64,000 nucleotides of DNA from IMG/VR virus record IMGVR_UViG_3300018429_000060, positions 27,307 through 91,306 of that record; one strand, written 5' to 3'. Below, piece by piece: positions 58,108 to 64,000 of the stretch. Positions within the stretch are counted from its first letter, which is position 1; every line of letters begins with the position of its first letter. The DNA comes from a virus. Under the pieces are notes generated by a model, which was not told the DNA's origin, searched no databases, and saw only the letters and a program-made list of their open reading frames with translations. A program made the translations under genes and the position numbers.

Positions 58108-58842
58108 GTGTCCAACACAACCAAGATCCTCAACAGGATCCGGGTCATGCTGGCCAAGGCCGAAAGCACCGAGTTCGCGGAGGAACGCGACTCGCTCACC
58201 GAGCGCGCCGAGCAGCTGATGCAGCGCTACGCCATCGACGAGGCGATGCTCACCGCCGAAACCGGCGCCGACCCCACCACCATCACCACCCGCAACATCC
58301 AGCTGATCGCGCCCTACGCCAAGGAACGCGGCTTCCTGCTGGGCACCGTCGCCAAGCATCACGACGTCCGTCTCGTCCTGGACTACAGCGCCGGCTGGGC
58401 CCGCGGCCACGCGTTCGCCATCCTCGTCGGCTTCCCCGCCGACCTGGAACTGGTCGACATGCTCTACACGTCGCTGACGATCCAGGCGGTCAGCGCCCTG
58501 GTCCGTATCGAGGTGCCGCCGCTGCCCAGCGGCCGCAAGCAGGACAAGGCCACCTACCGCTCGTCCTGGCTGCTCGGGTTCCGCACCGCGGTCGGGCACC
58601 GGCTGGCCGCGGCGCGCAGCACCGCGACCGAGGAGACCCCCGCCGGCCCGGTCAGCACCGCGCTGGTGCTGGCCGACCGCGCGGCCCTGGTCGACCGCCG
58701 GATGGCCGAGCTGTACCCCGACACCCACGCCGTGAAGGCCCGCAGCCGCGGCACGGGCCGCACCGCCGGCTACCAGAGCGGCCTCACCGCCGACCTCGGT
58801 CAGCCCCGCATCCAGCACGACAGCCGGGCACTGACCGGCTGA
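58108..58842 (+). CDS. DUF2786 domain protein
   Basis: ILNRIRVMLAKAEST..EE..AEQLMQRYAID. Confidence 0.88.
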   Translation: MSNTTKILNRIRVMLAKAESTEFAEERDSLTERAEQLMQRYAIDEAMLTAETGADPTTITTRNIQLIAPYAKERGFLLGTVAKHHDVRLVLDYSAGWARGHAFAILVGFPADLELVDMLYTSLTIQAVSALVRIEVPPLPSGRKQDKATYRSSWLLGFRTAVGHRLAAARSTATEETPAGPVSTALVLADRAALVDRRMAELYPDTHAVKARSRGTGRTAGYQSGLTADLGQPRIQHDSRALTG

Positions 58843-58906
58843 CCCCGCGCGGGGCCACCCCCACCACGGGGTGGCCCCGCCCTCGTCTGAGAGGACCCCA
58901 TCCCCC

Positions 58907-60421
58907 GTGACCACCACCCAGCCGGCGCTGCGGCCCACCGCGGAGCAGCAGGCCATCATCGACGCCTGCCGAGACGGCCACGACCTCGTCATCGAGGCCG
59001 GCGCCGGCACCGGCAAGACCTCCACCCTCAAGATGGCCAGCCGCTCCATGCGCGGCGCCGGCCTCTACCTCGCCTACAACAAGGTCACCGCCGTCGAGGC
59101 CAAGGCCGCGTTCCCCGACACTGTCGACTGCCGCACCGCCCACTCCCTGGCCTTCCACGCCGTCGGCCGCCGCTACACCGGGCGCATGGACACCGCCCGG
59201 CAGACCGGCCGCGACCTGGCGGACATCCTCGGTGTGCACCGCGGCGTCACCCTCGACACGGCCGGCCTCGTCAAGCTCGGCCGCGGCCAGCTCGCCCGCC
59301 TCGGCGTGGCCACCGTGTCGCAGTTCTGCATGTCCGCCCGCCGCGAGATCACCGTGGCGGACGTCCCCGCGGTCAACGGCGTCGAGGGCGACGCCCGCGA
59401 GGTCCTGCAGCGGCTGGTGCTGCCGATCGCGCGCACGGCGTGGGAGGACCTGCAGCACGACGACCGCAGCGGCCGCGGCCGGCTGCGGTTCCTCCACGAC
59501 CACTACCTCAAGCTGTGGCAGCTCACCGGTCCGCGGCTGCCGGTGGACTACCTGCTGTTCGACGAGGCCCAGGACGCCAACCCGGTGATCGAGGCCGTCG
59601 TCCGCGCCCAGGGGCACCTGCAGACCGTGGCAGTAGGCGACTCGTGTCAACAGCTCTACGCGTGGCGCGGGGCCGTGGACGCGCTGTCGCGGTTCGACGC
59701 CGACCTGCGGTTGTACCTGTCGCAGTCGTGGCGGTTCGGCACCGAGATCGCCGACGAGGCCAACAAGTGGCTGACCGTCGCCGGCGCCACGATGCGCCTG
59801 GTCGGCGCCCCCGGCCAGCGCGGCCGCATCGGCGAGATCAGCGGCTGGCCCGCCGCCATCCTGTGCCGCAGCAACGCCGAGACGGTGCGCCAGGCCCTGG
59901 CCGGCCTCGCCGCCGGCCTGCGCGTCGCCATCGCCGGCGGCGGCACCAGCATCCGCGGCCTCGCCGTCGCGTGCCTGGAGCTCAAGGACGGCCGGGGCAC
60001 CAGCCACCCCGAGCTGTTCGCGTTCAACACCTGGGGCGAGGTGCAGGACTACGTCGAGGAGGCCGACGACGCCGGCGAGCTGCGCACCTTCGTCACGCTG
60101 ATCGACGAGCACGGCGCCGAGGAGGTGATCGCCGCCATGGACCAGCTCGTCGACGAGGAGCCAGCCCGCCGCGGCCGCGGGTACTCCGGGCGGCCGTGGT
60201 CCGCACCCGACGTGGTGGTGTCCACCGGGCACAAGGCGAAGGGCCGCGAGTGGCAGTCGGTGCGGATCGGCGACGACTTCCAGGAGCCCGTCGAGGCCGA
60301 CGGCCGCCCGGCGCCGATCAGCCGGGCGGACGCCAACCTGGCCTACGTGGCTGTCACCCGCGCCCGCCGCGAGCTGGACCGCGGCCCCCTGGCCTACATC
60401 GACGGCCGCGTCGGCGCCTGA
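58907..60421 (+). CDS. UvrD/REP-like SF1 helicase
   Basis: PTAEQ, AGAGTGKT, DEAQD, VGD..QQLY.WRGA, LSQSWRFG, T.HKAKGREW, YVAVTRA. Confidence 0.93.
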   Translation: MTTTQPALRPTAEQQAIIDACRDGHDLVIEAGAGTGKTSTLKMASRSMRGAGLYLAYNKVTAVEAKAAFPDTVDCRTAHSLAFHAVGRRYTGRMDTARQTGRDLADILGVHRGVTLDTAGLVKLGRGQLARLGVATVSQFCMSARREITVADVPAVNGVEGDAREVLQRLVLPIARTAWEDLQHDDRSGRGRLRFLHDHYLKLWQLTGPRLPVDYLLFDEAQDANPVIEAVVRAQGHLQTVAVGDSCQQLYAWRGAVDALSRFDADLRLYLSQSWRFGTEIADEANKWLTVAGATMRLVGAPGQRGRIGEISGWPAAILCRSNAETVRQALAGLAAGLRVAIAGGGTSIRGLAVACLELKDGRGTSHPELFAFNTWGEVQDYVEEADDAGELRTFVTLIDEHGAEEVIAAMDQLVDEEPARRGRGYSGRPWSAPDVVVSTGHKAKGREWQSVRIGDDFQEPVEADGRPAPISRADANLAYVAVTRARRELDRGPLAYIDGRVGA

Positions 60422-61253
60422 CCCCCGGCGATCGCAACCGCCACAGCCCGACAGGGCCGTGGCGGTGCACCTGCCGTGATGCGGTATCAATCCACCGTGC
60501 GAATTAGGAGATATGTGACGTGACAATCACAAAAAGGGCCGAAGGCGTTCGGCATCCACCGCGTGCAGAACACCACCCAGCCTGCCACCACCGAAGCCGA
60601 CCACGCCGCGCTGAGCTGCAGCTGCGGCGGCCTCACCCGCACCTACCCCGGACTCGACCACGTGCGCCTCATCACACTCCCCTCCCTCCCGCCACGCGCA
60701 CCACGACGAGACGCAAGCCAATCCAGAATGGTTCGAGGGAACGGCACCCCTCTGGTGTGCTCGGTTGGCGGGGGACGCCAGGGGCGGCGCCGTGTCGCGA
60801 GCATCAGCGGCGCTGGTGGTCGACTCCCGTTGCGGGGTGTGACTGGTGCGGCGGCAGTGGCACCTGGACCGACACCAACGGCGATAAGTGGCCGTGCATC
60901 AAGTGTCGATCGGGCAAGGACGGAACCGACAACTAGTCGCGTAGTGGGCAGCGGCGTGCGGCGCCGCGACGTGATCGACGGCCGCGTTGGCGCTTGACCC
61001 TCGACGCCCCCACCGCCACAGCCCCGATCAGGCCGTGGCGGTGCACCCATGTCCGGCCCGCGGTGCGGTATCAATCATCGTGCGGACTAGGAGATATGTA
61101 ACGTGAAAATCACAAGAAAGCGCATGACGCTGGACTCGTTCGGAGTCCACAGCGTGCAGATCAGCGTGCAGTCCGCCACCGCGACCGCCGCCGACCACGT
61201 CGCGCTGCGCTGCAGCTGCGACTGCCTCACCCGCACCTACCCCGGACTCGACC
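60398..61253 (+). repeat. Imperfect direct duplication (60398-60659 and 60974-61253)
   Basis: Both copies carry ATCGACGGCCGCG..GGCGC.TGACCC, ACCGCCACAGCCC, GCGGTATCAATC, TAGGAGATATGT.ACGTGA.AATCACAA, CCTCACCCGCACCTACCCCGGACTCGACC. Confidence 0.9.
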
Positions 61254-62155
61254 CGGCCGAGGCCAGGACCGAGGCCGACGACCATGTGCGCCCGCTCGCC
61301 CGCGCGCTCCTCGGCAACCTGGGGCCCATCGACCTCGCCACTGCCCTGCACGTGGGGGCCCGCTGCGGCGCCGAGCGGGCCGCGATCACGCTGCTCGTCG
61401 AGCACCGGTCCTGGCTGGGCTGGCAGCACAGCGTCCGCGACTACGCCGAGGGCCATTGGGACGACCGGTTCCAGTTCGCCGTCCGCATCGACTGGGCCGA
61501 ACTGCTGATCGGGGTGCGCCACCGGAAGCTGAGTGGCCCGGCGAAGGACGTGGCGGTGTTGCTGTGCGCGGCCAGCGTCGCCGGCGACGCCCCGATCCTG
61601 CTCAACGACCTGCTGGTCAGCATCGCCGCACCGATGAGGGTCCACGTCCATGCCGCGCTGAGGGAGCTGCTGGATCCCACGTCCACCCCGTCCGCGGACC
61701 CGGAGACGATCGACATCGCCACCGCGGTGTTCTACAAGGTCGATGTCGACACGGCGCCGTTGGCGACGTCGGCCGACGTCGACGTGTCCGAGTTGACTCG
61801 GGCGTTGGCCGTCGGGACTCAGGGCACGACCACCGAGGGCGCCGCGGTGCGGCTGCTGCTGTTGCACGGGGTGTGGCCGCGCCGGCCGTCCTGGCGGCGC
61901 TACGTCGCCTACGGCGATGACGCCAGCCACCGCCGTTCCGGGCTGGTGGCGCGGATCATGTGGCCCGAGCTGGTGGAGCACATGGCGGCCGGTGAGGTCG
62001 TCGGGCACCCGTCGGACCTGGCGGTGCTGTCCCTCGCCGCGACGCTGGCCGGTGCCCAGGCGGTGTCGTTGGGCGCGGTGCTGCCCGTGCTCGACTGGCG
62101 GGCCGCCGGTCTGGTGGATCGGGTGATGCGGGACCTGCTCGGGCTGCGCTGGTAG
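61103..62155 (+). CDS. Hypothetical protein with two tandem homologous domains
   Basis: AA..LL..H..W..I.W.EL..AVL..AA..AG occurs twice; AGGAG RBS. Confidence 0.7.
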   Translation: MKITRKRMTLDSFGVHSVQISVQSATATAADHVALRCSCDCLTRTYPGLDPAEARTEADDHVRPLARALLGNLGPIDLATALHVGARCGAERAAITLLVEHRSWLGWQHSVRDYAEGHWDDRFQFAVRIDWAELLIGVRHRKLSGPAKDVAVLLCAASVAGDAPILLNDLLVSIAAPMRVHVHAALRELLDPTSTPSADPETIDIATAVFYKVDVDTAPLATSADVDVSELTRALAVGTQGTTTEGAAVRLLLLHGVWPRRPSWRRYVAYGDDASHRRSGLVARIMWPELVEHMAAGEVVGHPSDLAVLSLAATLAGAQAVSLGAVLPVLDWRAAGLVDRVMRDLLGLRW

Positions 62156-62495
62156 CGATGCCGGTGGTGGCTCACTACGGCGGCCGCCGACACCACAGCA
62201 GTGGTCGCACATCATGATATGATTACCCGTCGGGGTGGGGTTGTCGTCCCGTGACGCCCCCGTCGGCCCGCCACCCCCGGTCGACGCCACCTCCCGCGAC
62301 TGCCTAGCATCGCCGCCCATGCGGCCCGCCGCATGATCACCCAGTTGAGGAGACCCACTGTCCACCCAGGTGGTTGACCCCGCCTGGCCCCCGGTCACCC
62401 GGCCCGGCCGCCGCCAGCGGTCCGGGCCATGGCCCACGGCGCACCCCGCCGAGGGATGCCGGCCGGGGCACGCCCAGTTGAGGAGAGACCACCCC

Positions 62496-63176
62496 ATGCC
62501 CCCCAGGCTCGCCGCCACGGCCCGCCGCGTCGACGGCACTCCCGTCCTTCGCGTCGACGTGCCGTTCCTGTACGACCTGGACCGGGCCGCCACCACCCTG
62601 GCCGCCCTGTTCGCCCGCGAACCGTTGCGCACCGGGATCCACGCGCTCGTCGACGGCCTCACCGCCGCCGTCCAGGACCCGCGGCTGCGCGACCCCGCCT
62701 ACCTGCACGAGCACGCCCACCCCAACGGCGTCGCCGCCTACCGCCGCCGACTCGTCGAGCTGAACGTCTTCCCGACCCCCGAGGTGCGGGCCGCGATGCT
62801 GGAGGAGCTGCGCCAGGCGCAGGCGTCCGAACGCGGCAGCGGCGAGCGGACACCGCCGGCGGTGGGTGCCGTCCAGACCCGGCAGCCGCGGCTGTGGTCC
62901 AAGCACGAACGCGACGACGGCGAACCGGTGGTGCGGGTGGAGTGCTCGCACTTCTTCGACCTCGACGAGGTCGCCACCGTGCTGGCGCTGCTGCACCCCG
63001 GCGAGACGCGGTTCAGCCAGCGACTGGTCCGCGGGGCGCTGCAGCAGGCGACCGCCGACGGTCTGCTGCAGCGCCGCCACCGCGTGGCGGCCGCCGACCC
63101 GACGATCGTGCAGGCGTACCGGACGAGGCTGACCGAGGCCGACATCTTCCCCCGCGACGGCGACGAGGGCGCCTGA
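62496..63176 (+). CDS. Hypothetical protein with two tandem homologous domains
   Basis: DG.PV.RV....DLD..AT.LA.L..AYR.RL.E...FP occurs twice; GAGGAG RBS. Confidence 0.7.
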   Translation: MPPRLAATARRVDGTPVLRVDVPFLYDLDRAATTLAALFAREPLRTGIHALVDGLTAAVQDPRLRDPAYLHEHAHPNGVAAYRRRLVELNVFPTPEVRAAMLEELRQAQASERGSGERTPPAVGAVQTRQPRLWSKHERDDGEPVVRVECSHFFDLDEVATVLALLHPGETRFSQRLVRGALQQATADGLLQRRHRVAAADPTIVQAYRTRLTEADIFPRDGDEGA

Positions 63177-63308
63177 GCGCCCGCCGTCGGCGATCGGCGG
63201 CCCGGCCGCCTGCGGTGATCCCGTGCCGGCTTCTGCACCCCTCCGACTGGTAGGAAAACGTGATATGATTACTGAGTAATACCAACCAGTTGAGAAAGGC
63301 CCCACCTC

Positions 63309-63680
63309 ATGTCCGTGAAGCCCGCCCCGGTGACCGAGCCGGTCACCGCCGAACAGGCGATGGCCGCGCTCGACGCCATCCTCGGCCAGTTCGCCACCCA
63401 CATCGCCGCCGGCGGCCCTCCTCCCGCCGCCGTCGCCCAGTACGACGGCACGCCGCACTGGGCGATCCTCTGGGTCGACGGCCCACTCGACTGGGCCCAC
63501 AGCGCGTTCGTCGGCGGCGTCGACGAGGAGGTCGCCGCCGAGCTCGGCGACTTCCCCGGCGTGCCGGCCGAGACCGCCGCTGCCGCCGCCACCATCGCCG
63601 CCGTCCCGGTACCGGAGGGCGTGTTCGCCGAACCGATCACCGGCTCCGTCCTCGGCCTGTACCCCGACGGGCACCGCTGA
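63309..63680 (+). CDS. Hypothetical protein
   Basis: GAAAGG RBS; GVFAEP..SVLGLYP; class A promoter. Confidence 0.7.
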   Translation: MSVKPAPVTEPVTAEQAMAALDAILGQFATHIAAGGPPPAAVAQYDGTPHWAILWVDGPLDWAHSAFVGGVDEEVAAELGDFPGVPAETAAAAATIAAVPVPEGVFAEPITGSVLGLYPDGHR

Positions 63681-64000
63681 TGGGCGGCATCAGCTTCACC
63701 GTCGCGCAGGACGGCCTCGACATGGCGGCGGCGTTCGAGGCCGCCCGCCAGACCGCCGCGCACCACCGCGGGTGGGCCGAGGACAGCGGCACCATCGCCA
63801 CCAAGCAGCACCCGGTGCTCGTCCACGACGGTCCGCCGCTGCCCGCGGCCGCGGCCCACGAGCTGGCCCAGCGCCTGCTCGCCGAGTTCGACGGCGTGCT
63901 CGGCGACCACTACAGCCCGCAGGCCGGCGCGATCCCTGTGGCGGCCGTCGACGGCGGTCCGATCACTGGGTGGCTGTTCGTCGGCTGGGCCAACGACTAG
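63680..64000 (+). CDS. Hypothetical protein
   Basis: TGATG coupling; SGTIATK..GWLFVGWA. Confidence 0.7.
   Translation: MGGISFTVAQDGLDMAAAFEAARQTAAHHRGWAEDSGTIATKQHPVLVHDGPPLPAAAAHELAQRLLAEFDGVLGDHYSPQAGAIPVAAVDGGPITGWLFVGWAND

Noticed and set aside
1-64000. Conjugation genes, rRNA, capsid or lysis genes
   Set aside because: No relaxase, TraB/FtsK, T4SS/T7SS, rRNA, HK97 capsid or endolysin motifs recognised in the window.

Overview
Very GC-rich (~70%+, estimated by eye) actinomycete mobile DNA with no housekeeping genes, best read as part of a large phage-plasmid or plasmid-prophage. It carries a plasmid maintenance module (ParA, RHH adaptor, octamer centromere-like array, tyrosine recombinase, HTH replication-initiator-like gene, iteron/palindrome region). 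Siphovirus virion and packaging genes are dispersed: tape measure, Dit-like and minor tails, chaperones on the opposite strand, and terS, a split terL and portal ~25 kb away. No capsid, tail tube or lysin is seen in the window. Two long + strand arrays of small accessory/anti-defence-type genes (ArdC-N, DUF3560, Sak4-like AAA, N6-MTase, DUF932, DUF2786, UvrD-like) are preceded by families of repeated promoters, several embedded in hairpins. A compact type V-M CRISPR locus (cas12m + 9-repeat array, no cas1/cas2) is present. The most striking candidate system is a non-canonical tRNA-Gly-like gene heading an operon with an MTase-like/GNAT(Mom)-like protein, a stand-alone terminase nuclease domain and a ParB-N protein, suggesting a tRNA-dependent DNA hypermodification module. 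All family assignments come from motif recognition by eye, not from database searches.
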